From: Setoptus koraiensis | Lineage: Eukaryota; Animalia; Arthropoda | DNA length: 64,000 nt | Assembly: GCA_048013815.1 (NCBI GenBank) | Contig: CM106586.1 | Span: 16,058,001 to 16,122,000 of the forward strand | Reading direction: 5' to 3' | In this document: positions 49,301 through 61,297 of the stretch, one piece after another | Layout of the letters: every line of letters starts with the position of its first letter | How positions within the stretch are numbered: position 1 is the first letter of the stretch | Made by a program: the position numbers and the translations under genes | The notes under the pieces: generated by a model | The model's database searches: none | What the model was told of the DNA's origin: nothing | Seen by the model: the letters and a program-made list of their open reading frames with translations, nothing else

Positions 49301-52300
49301 GCGCTGGCCGGTGCGGGCTGGTGCAAGATGATGCGGGCTGGTGCGAGCTGATGCGGGCCGACGGGCGACACGCAGCAACAGTGTCGACACATGACGACAA
49401 CAATAGGTAGAGGGCCCGTTGGGGGATGGACGCGTTTAATTTAATCATTGATCAACCGGTGCCAATGGCTGGCGACACCATGTCTATGGCCGAGCGCCGC
49501 CAGTGGCCACTAGAGGAGCAACAGCGACAACAAAGAAATCCCTCATTTTAAACACTGTTGTCATTGGTGTTGACAAATTTCGCCACTTCTTTTGTTGTGC
49601 TGCATTGTTCGGCGGCGGCGGCGGCCAACGAGTTCGATTCGAGCCGATGCCGGCCAACGGGACGGCCAATAGAGCGGCCAGCGGCCGGCGAAACAGCCGA
49701 GCAACAGGAATGCCGTGCCGACCAACGCGGTCTCTCAGGTGGCTGCTGGCTCGAATAGCTTTCGAATACCTTTGGCGCTGCAATGCCACGGCCACTAAGA
49801 CTGTTTATCGGCGGCCATTATTCATTGGGCAGCACAGATCAATTCTGGGCCAAAATAGAAATTCTGGCCGAATCAGTTGCTGGCCCTATGTGGTTGTTGT
49901 GGCCGCTGTTTGCTCTTCTCTGTTGTTTACCGCTTGTTGTCCGCCATTTAGAACATTACAACAACAACAACAACAACAACAACACCACTGCAGCCAATCA
50001 CAGCACAGGTAAGTGTGTACCAGTTATACTGCTGATGCATACTGATACTGTAATCTGCCCATAATCTTGCGAGACTCGCCGTAGACACAAATGGAGCAGG
50101 CGATTCGAGCGGCCCTTTCGGCAACCAACAGAATTAGCAGCTAGTATCTTAGGAGGATGAGAAAGGTGTAAATTAGCGCCTAATGGAGCGCCAATAGATT
50201 CACGATTGGCAATTCGCGATCCGCGACCCGCAATTCGCGACCAACAAACCATCGCACCATCGGACCAAATAGACACTGGTCGCTGCTTTGATGCCGGCCG
50301 TTGCTGGACGCTCAAATGAGTAGGATAATGGCGCGCCGTGGATTATATTTAGGTGACAATTGTTGTTGCTGTTGTGGTGATAGACACTATTCTGGTGCAA
50401 ATGTTTACTCACTATTGGTCGGCTGGGTTGAGAGCCGAACAGCGCCAGAGAATAGTGTGAGTAAGTAAACAAATACTCACAAATATCATCATTGGCCATC
50501 ATTCAAAGCAGCAACACTGCACACTGCACAATGGGGCCAGTTGCATTGCACTTGGAATGTATTTATTCTGTCCAAAGAATATCGATCGATTTCGCTCATT
50601 TCGACCCAATAGCCCCCGTCTTACAATTGGCCGTTGACAAATTCTAAGTAGTGCTGTTCTCTAAATGAACGCATCCACACACACACAACTACACAAATTA
50701 ATCTCATCAGAGAGAAAAACCCGACCGCTCTCATTCAATGATCAAGTGGCAATTGTGCTGTTACACAAGTGGCCACCATTTGCAACCCAACGATGCACCA
50801 ACTGTCCCGTTTGCTGCCAATCAATTTCAATGAATCTGAATCAATCGTTTCGATGCAAAATAGAAAAAGCTAATAAGTGATGAACGCCTCCTGTTGTATG
50901 TATGAATAATAATAATGATGATAATCTTGTACCAACTGATATTGCCACTAATACGGCGAGCCTCTGTATATTCCTTTGCAGGGTACATATGGTACCAGGC
51001 TGGCGCAATAGCAGCATGTAGGGTACCTTACGGTGATTCTGGCTCCCACTCTCTCGCTTATTATTCTTTGCTTTTATCTCTTTATTTGCTTGTAATACCA
51101 ATAAATCCGTATCAACAGTGCACAGTGAGAACAGTGGCGCTTGCAAAAAGATTGATCGCCGCTGTCATTATAACTTATAGGCGAATAAAAAACGATTGAT
51201 CGATATGCGAGCGATTTTTTATAGTGGCAACACCATTGGAATGTGTCTGGAATGCCATCAAAAAGAAGAAACCCAATAGTCACCTAATTCTCTGGGCCCG
51301 GCCCGGCCCATTCCAACCTATACAAGATAGACGCCAGACTAATTACAGTCGATTAGTGAACGAATGGTCGCCCTCATCCTCGTTTTACCTGTTGTAATGC
51401 GTGTGACATTTATGTAGAATGTTCTACCATCGTTGTTGTTCTTCGTTCCAAGAATTTTAGTCTGACAGAAGTCTTCGTCTCGTTGATATATGCTCAACAC
51501 TACAGCGGTTGAGTATGTAGTTGAGATAAATCAAGTAAGTGGTGCCATCCAGTCTGGATACGACAACGTCCAGCGTCGACACGATATATAGGCTCGGTGT
51601 GCCGTTCGACCACAATACTGGCATAACAAACAGTGTAGTCTGAGTGAAATTACAAGCGCTGCCAGCAGTGTCGCGTGATGCAAATCATTAAGGGCGCCAA
51701 ATAGAGGCCAAATAGAGGCGCCCCAGAAGCAATAAATAGGCGCTGACGAATTCATATATTCATGTCTATACGTGTGTGTGTGTGTGTGGCGCGAGATCAT
51801 TAGGGGCCAGTCTGTTAGTGACGCTGGTAGCATCGGATTATCTCACCGCATCACATCGTGGCTGGCGAGAATGATCATGTATCATTTACTAAATTCAATG
51901 CAGTTGTTTGTTTATACCCCTGTAGCCAACTACACAGAGACAATATAGCTGGCACAGTAAATGGCGGCCAGAGTGTTGGTGTTATTTGGCGTCGACGAGT
52001 CACTTAAATTTTGCAACTTGGACCTCACGAACCAAGTAAGCAACTTTCATTTGTTGTTGTCATTGTTGTAACTGTCGCATTGACCATATAGAGTATATAA
52101 GCGAGACACGTGACCTAGTGGCTAGTTAGTGAGATAAAAGCAAACAGAGAGAAAGAGAAGAACAGATTTTAGGTAGTTGATACGTGCCAAAATGGTCATG
52201 CCATACACGACATCATTAGCAGGCGGCAAAGCCTGTGGTCACGATTACACAACAACAACAACAACGACAACTAAACAAGTAATTGTTGTTGCTCGCTATT

Positions 52301-55300
52301 GTTGTCATTGTTGTCCCTACTACATCTGGCGCTGTCTTACTGGTGCCGCTGCTGCGGTCGACTGCTGGAAAAACGCCGGGTGCTGTTGTTGATCTTACTA
52401 ACCAACATGGAGCCTTTGCGCATTCGATATAACAAGAGGACCGTTATCTCTTTCGACGACCTGATGTTCACAGTCTCACTGTTTGTCGCCAACTGTGTGG
52501 CATGAAAACACTGTGTTGTGGTTGTTATTGTTGTGTAGCACTTTTTGTGGTGTTTCTGGTAGGCACAAACAGGGCGCCACAACAACGTCTATAAAGGTTT
52601 GCAAACATAAACCACGATGGCCACATCTTGTTGACTTACAAAGGCGAGCATGATTGAGTTAGAGCACGCACTTACGCAATCAAGTTGCCAACTTTAGATA
52701 TCTCACAATGCTGCTTGGCCGCTGCTTCTGTTTGCCCTTTAACCCAATATGGCGCCAACACATACACAACGCACACAACAATCACTGAACCAACAACCAC
52801 AAATGACAATTCATCTGACTTAAACAACGACAACATCTAACAATCTGGTTAGGCCTCTGGATGACAGTCAGCCATCCGGCAGATCTAGATCGCACACTAG
52901 ATCGTGTGCGCGATGCTAATGATGATATATATGCTTTATAGAGACCCATTGTGTGTTATAGGCTAGATGATGATCTCTGTAAGTGAATAACCATTTCCTC
53001 CATGGGCCCATGGTTGTGGTCGCTTCGATTTGTACTTTCTACCATTGGGCTTGACTAAGTGAAACATAATCTATCTACTATTTTGTTTTGCGTTTAGCGG
53101 ACGATGGCCGCCATCACCAGAAGCAAGTAAAACTGGCGACGATCAACCATAAACCAGCACACAACAAATATGATGACTTGTGGGCCCGATCACGTGCCAG
53201 CCACGTTTTACTTCTTTCTTTCTTTCTGCGTCTGTCTCTTTCTCTCTAATATTTCATTTGTTATTGTATTCATTCTTTTTGCCAGAACCAGAAACATACA
53301 CACTAGAGCCATTTACCATCAAAAGCACAACAACAATGGCTCGCATGATAAAAGAGAGTTTACTCGAGTGATCCATCTATTTTCATCCATAGGGCACCTC
53401 CATCCATATGATGATGACGTAATTCAATTTCACACACGCACGCACGCTTTCGGTAAAGATGATGACGACAACGACGAAATCATTATCATGGCAGCTTGGA
53501 TTTTGATTTTAAATGATCCTTGCTTCATACTAATGGCTGATACAAATATTTGATTACTTTTTCTTGCCCTTGTAAGTAGACACACATGCACAAATAGGCA
53601 ATATGTAGAAATATGTGCGCGTGTGAGAGCCATAGAAGTGCCTTAAAACTCGACATCCACTGATTTGATTGAGCGATAATGTCGATGATTGATTGTCTTC
53701 GTAGCAAAATAATAACCACCAATATAAAAGGGTCTCGCGAATTTTGAATAGCCCCTGGTTCTGTTTGTCCTCTATTGCTTGCCCACCACTTTATATACTT
53801 GTTGTGTAACAATAACAAATGACATCCAGAAAGTCATTTGTTCCAGACAGTAACACGTTTTTGAGCCTTCACGTTCAGATAAAAATCAACAACAGCGTCG
53901 TGATTTCAATAGAACAGAAATGTAACATAGAAATTCAACAATATTTTTCATATGTTCTTTTCAATTTTTTTTTTCTTTTTTCATTCAGCTTCGCTTTTCC
54001 TATAGTTAAGCTCGTCAAGCCCTCCTAGTAGACTGAATGGCGTCTCATGTTTGAGGCCTTTACTAACCCAACGTGTTAGTTCTGTGAGTCTATTGTGGGG
54101 GCCCGCCAGCTGTATATACGTCATTGAGTGGAGCTGTGTAGAGTAGGCGTCGCGTGTGCTTAATAATGACTTCAGACAAACTAAATTGAAAAACGTTCAA
54201 AACAGTTTTCACAGCGATGCCAGACTTTCGAGATTCCTATCATCGGAAATGTCTTTTTTGGCCTCATTGTGAGTTTGGTACTTGTCTAGTTGGCGGGCTT
54301 CGGCAGATCATCAGCGAGTTCTCACTAAATTCAACCAGCTTATAATCATATATCCCGCAATGACCCAGTGTCAGTAGATTGAAAATGAATCGTGGATGAA
54401 TTGGTCGGTATAATATTTGTCGCCTCACTTTGTGAGTCCCCATTGGCTGGCCGTCAGCGTCAGTGATGAGATAACTGACACACTGTGAGCAAATACATTC
54501 TTGCCGGGTGTAATGCGTGGTTGTATAAAGTAAAAGTCCGCGATAATAATAAGTGATAATAAGTAATTTTACATACCGGTATTATTATATAATAAGTAAC
54601 GGTAGGTATTACGTTGTGAAAACAGCACGTTTTTACAACGTCGGTGCTGCCGCTCTGTGCCATTTTTTGTAGACACAATTTGTGCCTGGCGGGCTCAGTG
54701 CGCTTTTGAACGAGGCTTTTTACAGCTTTTCATGGCTGTGGCCTTGCGGGAGTGCTGACAACGGGCTTTGCACAAGTGATAAACAAAAGTGAGTCACTTG
54801 TGCCATCGTGCATTCATACAATAGCACACGCAATTGTAGTTTTGCACATTGGCCACGAGGGGCGCTCACTCATGCGGCAGTTACACACAATAAACACAGC
54901 GTTTTGTGCCATGTTTCTGACAAAATTTTCCGCACTCTAGCGCGCACAGACGAATATGTAAACAGATGCTGCAACCGAGAGTCAGCAGCTTGAATAAACA
55001 GAATCATATCCGCACGCACAGACAAACAAACACGAACAAAGAGCCTAGGAATGGAACACACGGACACGCACACATACTCACACATATTCAGAGCAATGAT
55101 GTTACCACACTTACCATACTACATAATACATAACAGCCAGAAACGCATACCGCACTTGTGTGTATTTTACATGCATCTGATGCTATTACTACATCGGAAT
55201 AATAATAACAAAAGCTTATATTACCAAGACAAACAAAAGAGAGACAGCAATAATTTAATGATGATGATAATAGTGGCTCATTACTATTATTATGATTATT

Positions 55301-55340
55301 AATTCAACAACATAGGAAACATTTTACGTTTTGTAATAAC

Positions 55341-55517
55341 ATGGATAGCATAGCCCCCGATTGTAAAAAGCTGAAATTAGATTATGATAGTTGCTTCAAT
55401 TCTTGGTTTTCGCAAAAATTTCTTAAGGGACACACAGAAAACGAGTGTGATTTATTATTTAAAAGCTATCAGGCCTGCATCAAGAAAGCTCTAAAGGACC
55501 ACAAGATAGAAATTTAA
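55341..55517 (+). CDS. TRIAP1: TRIAP1/Mdm35 twin CX9C mitochondrial lipid-transfer partner (58 aa; below the ORF-track cutoff)
   Basis: [58 protein letters not shown]; C8-x9-C18 and C36-x9-C46; YDxCFNxWFxxKFLKG signature; strong Kozak aacATGg. Confidence 0.93.
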   Translation: MDSIAPDCKKLKLDYDSCFNSWFSQKFLKGHTENECDLLFKSYQACIKKALKDHKIEI

Positions 55518-58500
55518 TGAGTCGAATCAGTTATCAACAAATTATTAATTTAGACGAAGCAGAATCTAATCAAACGTCAAACAGGAGGAGACACAGAGCC
55601 CGCCGCAATACGCCATCATTTGTCTGTGGGTTTTGGCTTCATTTATTGCGCTCAGTCACTTGCTTTATATTATATGTACCAAACAAAATGGGCCAAATAT
55701 TTTCTAGAAGAAGGAGACAATTAAAATCGCGCATAATACACATTGGCGACAATGGTAAACATCATCATGATAAGAATTCTACCAAATTGACAGCAGTCTC
55801 CTCCACTATATCCACGTCCTCTTCAACATCATCCTCGTCCTCATCAACTTCAACAAGCCAACATCGGCAACTCAACTACTACAACAGCCGATGCAATCAT
55901 CATCATGGGGGCTCCTCATGTAGCAAAAATGATCGCTATCCCCCTAATATCATTCGCAATCAAAAATACAATATTATATCATTCTTACCAATAGTGTTGT
56001 TCAATCAATTTAAATTCTTCCTTAATTTGTACACATTATTAATGGCCTGTTCACAATTTATACCTGAACTATTGATTGGATATTTCTACACTTATTGGGC
56101 ACCATTAAGTTTCGTATTAGCTGTGTCAGTTATAAGAGAGGCTGTTGACGATTTGCTCCGATACAATCGTGACAAGGCAGTCAATTCTCAATTGTACCAG
56201 AAGCTCACCTCAAATGGACCAACTGTCATACCGAGCTCCAAAATTCAAGTTTCCGACCTTATTATGGTCGAAAAAGACCAACGTGTGCCTGCAGACATGA
56301 TACTTCTTAGGACAACAGAAAAGAATGGATCTTGTTTTGTTCGCACAGATCAGCTTGATGGTGAAACAGATTGGAAGCTTAGACTAGCCATATCAACAAC
56401 ACAACAGGTCGAGTCTTGTGACGAATTTTTCAATCTAGATGCCACAATCTATGCCGAGGAACCTCAAAGGGATATCCATAGCTTTACTGGAAAATTTGTT
56501 TCTGGCAAGACAAACTCTGAAGTTGCACTCTCCATTGAAAATGCACTTTGGGCCAACACGGTTATAGCTTCTGGCCAAGCTGTTGGAGTAGTTATCTATA
56601 CTGGTAGTGAAACAAGAAGTGTCATGAACAATCTCGAGGCTAGAAGCAAAGTGGGCTCATTGGATCTTGAAGTCAACGACATCACAAAGATATTGTTCGC
56701 AGCAGTCGTTGTGTTAGCCTTTGCTATGGTCTTCTTACAAGACTTTCACGGAGCATGGTATCGTTATTGGTTTAGATTTGTATTATTATTCTCATACATT
56801 ATCCCGATAAGCCTTAGAGTTAATTTAGAAATGAGTCGAGTTGTTTACTCATATATGATCCAACGTGATATGGAAATTCCCGGTACTGTAGTGAGGACCA
56901 CAACTATTCATGAAGATCTTGGTAGAGTCGCGTACGTCTTGACAGATAAGACAGGAACTCTTACACGTAACGAAATGGTATTCAAAAGAATACATTTTGG
57001 CAAAGTCTCATACACACCAGAGTATTTCGACGAGGTCGCCGCTATCCTCAGAACAGCATTCGCTCCCCCTTCATCCAAAGCAGGCACATCAAATAATGTT
57101 GGTCACAAAAGAGATGGGAGCACTGCCAGTGTAGCCAGTTTCATGGAAAGACGTCAGTTTCAACCGAGACATTTGCGAATTGACTCCTATGAAATCGATC
57201 GAGATACGATCTATAGACTACACTCTGCCGTCCTAGCTTTAGCCTTATGCCACAATGTCACTCCATCCTATGAAAATGAGTTTGACAACATTAGTAATTC
57301 ACAAAACGGCAACAATGAAAACGCCCCAGATGGTCAAGCAATCCCACTAAAACCAAGAGGAATGACTTATCAAGCCGCAAGTCCGGATGAAGTCGCTCTT
57401 GTTCAATGGACCGAACGAGTTGGCGTAGCTTTAATTGATCGCGACATAAGTCATATGAAACTAAGGAACCCTCACGGTCAGAATATCAAGTTTGACATCT
57501 TACAAGTGTTTCCTTTCTCATCCGAGACAAAAAGGATGGGTATCATCGTCAAGGATACACAAACAAATGATATTTTGTTCTTGTTGAAAGGTGCTGATGC
57601 TGTAATGTCTCATATAATTCAGTACAGTGATTGGCTGCAAGAGCAATGTGATAACATGGCTAGATCAGGATTGAGAACTCTTGTGGTTGCTCGTAAGGTT
57701 CTATCTCATGATCAATACAATGATTTTGAATCAAGATATACTCAAGCTAAACTCAACTTAACCAACAGACAAGCGAGAATGAGTGAAGTCATCGCAACTT
57801 TAGAAAAAGATATGGAACTTTTGTGTCTGACAGGCGTCGAAGATCGTTTGCAAGAAGGTGTTCCTACTACACTGAAGGGACTTCAAGATGCTGGTATTCG
57901 CATTTGGATGTTGACTGGAGATAAGATGGAAACTGCAATCAATGTGGCTAAGTCTTCGCAACTTGTGAAAAAGATGCAAGAAGTATATCAATTCAAACCC
58001 ATCAAGAATCGTGTCGAAGCTCATTTAGAACTCAATAACTTTCACCGTAAGAGCGACTGCCCTCTAATTATAGCCGGCGAGGATCTCGAACTATGTCTGA
58101 AGTTTTATCCATGTGAATTCATGGAACTTGCGTGCCAGTGCTCTGCTGTAGTGTGCTGCAGGTGTACGCCAACTCAAAAAGCTGAAGTTGTGAAGCTTAT
58201 TCAGAACAGATCAGGCAAAAGGACTTTGGCTATCGGAGACGGAGGTAACGATGTTTCTATGATACAAACAGCCGATGTTGGGGTAGGAATATGGGGCAAA
58301 GAAGGCCAGCAAGCATCTCTTGCAGCGGACTTTTCTATAATGCAGTTCAGCTATATCTACCGATTGATCCTATTGCACGGTCGTTATAGCTACAAACGGT
58401 CAGCAGCCTTAAGTCAGTTCATTATACACCGTGGTCTCATTATCTCAACAATGCAAGCTATCTTCTCATCAGTTTTCAATTTTGCATCAGTGTCATTGTA

Positions 58501-59023
58501 TCCGGGATTTTTGATGATTGGATACACAACAATCTACACGATGTTTCCTGTCTTTTCAATCGTTTTGGATAAGGATGTTTCACCTCTATGCGTGATGCGA
58601 TACCCTGAACTATACAAGTTGATGAAAGGAAGATCCTTGTCACTCAAAACATTTTTCATATGGGTATTGATAAGTATATATCAAGGCGGTGTTATCATGT
58701 ATGGAGCTATGCTACTATTCCACGACGAATTTATTCATGTTGTAGCAATCACCTATACAGCATTGATTCTGACTGAACTACTTATGCTAGCCTTGACAGT
58801 AAGAACATGGCATTGGATGATGGTAGTTGCTGAGCTTATTAGTTTATCTTCCTACCTCCTGACGTTGATCTTGTTTCCTCAATCCTTTGATGCCCAATTC
58901 ATACAAACGAAGGACTTCTTATGGAAGGTCACATTATTGACTATCGTTAGTTGTCTACCCTTATATGTTTTGAAATTCTTGCATCACAAAATAGCTCCAG
59001 CTTCACATTACAAGTTGACGTGA
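55517..59023 (+). CDS. ATP9B: Class II P4-ATPase phospholipid flippase ATP9A/B (Neo1-like), intronless, 1168 aa
   Basis: [11 protein letters not shown] (phospho-Asp), TGDK, GDGGND and IPISLRVNL; N-terminal FVCGFW...RRRRQLKSR resembles ATP9B. Confidence 0.96.
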   Translation: MSRISYQQIINLDEAESNQTSNRRRHRARRNTPSFVCGFWLHLLRSVTCFILYVPNKMGQIFSRRRRQLKSRIIHIGDNGKHHHDKNSTKLTAVSSTISTSSSTSSSSSSTSTSQHRQLNYYNSRCNHHHGGSSCSKNDRYPPNIIRNQKYNIISFLPIVLFNQFKFFLNLYTLLMACSQFIPELLIGYFYTYWAPLSFVLAVSVIREAVDDLLRYNRDKAVNSQLYQKLTSNGPTVIPSSKIQVSDLIMVEKDQRVPADMILLRTTEKNGSCFVRTDQLDGETDWKLRLAISTTQQVESCDEFFNLDATIYAEEPQRDIHSFTGKFVSGKTNSEVALSIENALWANTVIASGQAVGVVIYTGSETRSVMNNLEARSKVGSLDLEVNDITKILFAAVVVLAFAMVFLQDFHGAWYRYWFRFVLLFSYIIPISLRVNLEMSRVVYSYMIQRDMEIPGTVVRTTTIHEDLGRVAYVLTDKTGTLTRNEMVFKRIHFGKVSYTPEYFDEVAAILRTAFAPPSSKAGTSNNVGHKRDGSTASVASFMERRQFQPRHLRIDSYEIDRDTIYRLHSAVLALALCHNVTPSYENEFDNISNSQNGNNENAPDGQAIPLKPRGMTYQAASPDEVALVQWTERVGVALIDRDISHMKLRNPHGQNIKFDILQVFPFSSETKRMGIIVKDTQTNDILFLLKGADAVMSHIIQYSDWLQEQCDNMARSGLRTLVVARKVLSHDQYNDFESRYTQAKLNLTNRQARMSEVIATLEKDMELLCLTGVEDRLQEGVPTTLKGLQDAGIRIWMLTGDKMETAINVAKSSQLVKKMQEVYQFKPIKNRVEAHLELNNFHRKSDCPLIIAGEDLELCLKFYPCEFMELACQCSAVVCCRCTPTQKAEVVKLIQNRSGKRTLAIGDGGNDVSMIQTADVGVGIWGKEGQQASLAADFSIMQFSYIYRLILLHGRYSYKRSAALSQFIIHRGLIISTMQAIFSSVFNFASVSLYPGFLMIGYTTIYTMFPVFSIVLDKDVSPLCVMRYPELYKLMKGRSLSLKTFFIWVLISIYQGGVIMYGAMLLFHDEFIHVVAITYTALILTELLMLALTVRTWHWMMVVAELISLSSYLLTLILFPQSFDAQFIQTKDFLWKVTLLTIVSCLPLYVLKFLHHKIAPASHYKLT

Positions 59024-59254
59024 ATTATAAGAATATGTGAGAATAAAAAAAAATCAAGTTAAGATGGCAAATTACATTCAAGATAGTTCTTATCATTCTT
59101 TAGAATGGCTGATTGCGTTTTATTGGTTGACGTACGAGGGCACACATGAAGCTCTAAGTTACAGTCTACAACGTAGTGTACCTGAATAAATATTATTTAG
59201 TTTCTCTATCGCCTCTCAGGCCACTGTTTTGCGAATTTCCATCGTTAGTCAGCA

Positions 59255-59445
59255 TGTGAGTCCTCTAAACGCCTTCCTCGACCCCAATTGTGACTACTGG
59301 TTGATGAGGCGGTCCTGTTTACACCAGGTGCGGTGAATGGTACTGTTCTTGGTGGCTGAGGCCCAGCTGCTACATCATTATTATTATTATTGGGAAAGTA
59401 TGAGTGCGATATTTGTGCAGTTTCTACCAAAGTAATTCCTTGGTG
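59255..59445 (-). pseudogene. Derlin-1 C-terminal tail fragment (SHP box)
   Basis: TLVETAQISHSYFP...HNWGRGRRLE resembles the Derlin-1 tail ending HNWGxGxRLG; no Derlin TM-coding sequence upstream. Confidence 0.65.
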
Positions 59446-59469
59446 ATTCCTGGAAGGATTCATCATCAT

Positions 59470-59779
59470 TCTGTTGCCTGCCGTTATAGTTGACACCAGC
59501 AGGCTTCTTTCCTGAGCGACTCCTTGTTTGAATTTAAAAGCATACCTAGATGTGGTATGGCGTTATAATCGACGATTATTTGTTTTTGATGACCATCTCC
59601 AGTTACAATGGGAGAAGATCATCAAAAACAAGTCATCGGCGGCTTATACGACTTGTTGTGATTGCATTGTGATGCATTAGTAGGTCCACTAAGCGTCGAC
59701 AGATGCCAGCGTTGATGACGGCTTGTATCTTTTCATTGGGTCCATCGCATAGGTATGATAAAGCCTGGCATGTGTAGAA
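59470..59779 (-). pseudogene. Importin-alpha (KPNA1/5/6 class) ARM-repeat fragment with frameshifts and fold-back insertions
   Basis: [34 protein letters not shown] / [38 protein letters not shown] / VSTITAGNR in three frames. Confidence 0.9.
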
Positions 59780-59918
59780 CATACCTATGCGATGGCCCGA
59801 ATGAAAAGATACAGAGTACTTCAAAATCGTCGTGATTCAAGAAAAGCAGAAGGCATTTTGATCAAGTTAAAGATATCGCCAATACTGGTATGCGATATCT
59901 TTAATTCGATCAAAATGC
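59561..59918. ncRNA. Cluster of three long hairpins (candidate miRNA/hpRNA precursors)
   Basis: Inverted arms 59561-59600/59611-59650, 59724-59757/59780-59813 (32/34 match) and 59853-59879/59892-59918 (25/27 match). The structure is certain; expression is not. Confidence 0.5.
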
Positions 59919-59980
59919 AGGTCGGTGATAAGTGATGAAGCAGTTGCCACTGATCTATTATCGTTGACTTGTGTTAACAT
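59880..59980 (-). pseudogene. ATG-started fragment resembling the Aquarius (AQR) N-terminus
   Basis: MLTQVNDNRSVATASSLITDLHFDRIKDIAYQYW; DRIxxIAxQYW recalls the AQR N-terminal motif, but the match is short. Confidence 0.35.
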
Positions 59981-61297
59981 TGTTTGTATGCTTTTTTGTA
60001 TGTAAATGATGACATGTATGTATAAAGTCTGACCTCATCTTGGTGTCATCTGGGATGTTTCGTTTCAATAATTAAAAATATATTTGTTTAATAAAAGTCC
60101 ATCTTTGACATCTTTGTGAGAAGACAAGTAAGGCAGGCACAATAGAAGAGTGAATTTTCAATAACGATTAATAACGATTTTTCAATCGACAATTGGTTCA
60201 ATTGTCGCCTCGAGGACCGTGGGCTCACAAAAGTTGTCAGAAGTTTGTGAGTGAGCCATCGTTTTCGTCTTGTAAATGTTAGCTGGTCGTCTGTGAGTTG
60301 AACAGAGCGACCTCTGGTGCTGGATGATGACACGGAAACAATTTTTCTCGGTTTGGCCAATAGGGCCTATTGGCAATAGGTATTGGTTGCACCACATGAT
60401 TGTGCATGTACCTTGTATCTTTCAAAATACTGTACCATGTACTAAACATGTAGCCTGATTGCTGGCACAGCGTACTCTAGTGGCAGAAAACAAACACTTT
60501 TGTGCAGCACAGCAGCAGCAGCAGAATGAGCGGCAGCAGTAGGGCAAACATGAAGCATAGAAGGGCCAACACAGTACAGGGTGTTGCAATCAAGTCTGCC
60601 GGCCATAGAGCACGGTGTGCCGCACACGAGCACAGAGCGTAGATTTGTGTTCGCGTGTGCCGTTGCCGTGTTGTTGGCCTGGTGAATGGTAAGCGGCACA
60701 TGACTAGTACAGTATGCACTGTGCGTTGTGTGTTGGAGCACGAACTGTGCCTTGGCTGTGATGCGTGTGCATTGGCGAAAATGCACCGTCTAGGGCAGCG
60801 CAACATAAACAGTAAGAAACGGGAGAATCGATCGAAGCACCTTGTAGCTTCTACAATAGAGCGCATATAGTGTGCACCAACCAAAAATAATTACTGGCTT
60901 ACCCAATAGTTGCAGATTCCACGCTATAACACCCTGCACTGCCAGCGCTAATATAGTAAACAGTATTTATATGTTAGTGTGTAGACGAAAACAATACTGT
61001 CTGTACGCCAGTCTGTCTGTAACTGATTGATATTACACCTGATATTATTACTATTATTATTACTACCGTCATCGTCATTATTATCCCCATCATTATTACT
61101 ATTATTATTACTATTGCTACCACCATCGCTACCACCATTGCTACCAATACATTGTCAACGCCATCATCACCACTATTATCCTGACTTATTATTATATATA
61201 TATAAATATTAACGCTACCATCGCCCGGATCGTAATAATATATTATCAGACATTGTAAGACCGCACCAGCACCGCTTCTACTACTACTACTTCAAAT

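Noticed and set aside
43700-50500. Dozens of overlapping 60-170 aa ORFs in the GC-rich region upstream of vnd
   Set aside because: Present in all six frames, Arg/Ala/Cys-rich, no motifs; expected from GC-rich and microsatellite DNA.
55510-55516. AAATTTA slippery heptamer at the TRIAP1/ATP9 junction suggesting -1 frameshifting
   Set aside because: It is in register with the ATP9 frame, not the TRIAP1 frame, so it cannot mediate the canonical shift.
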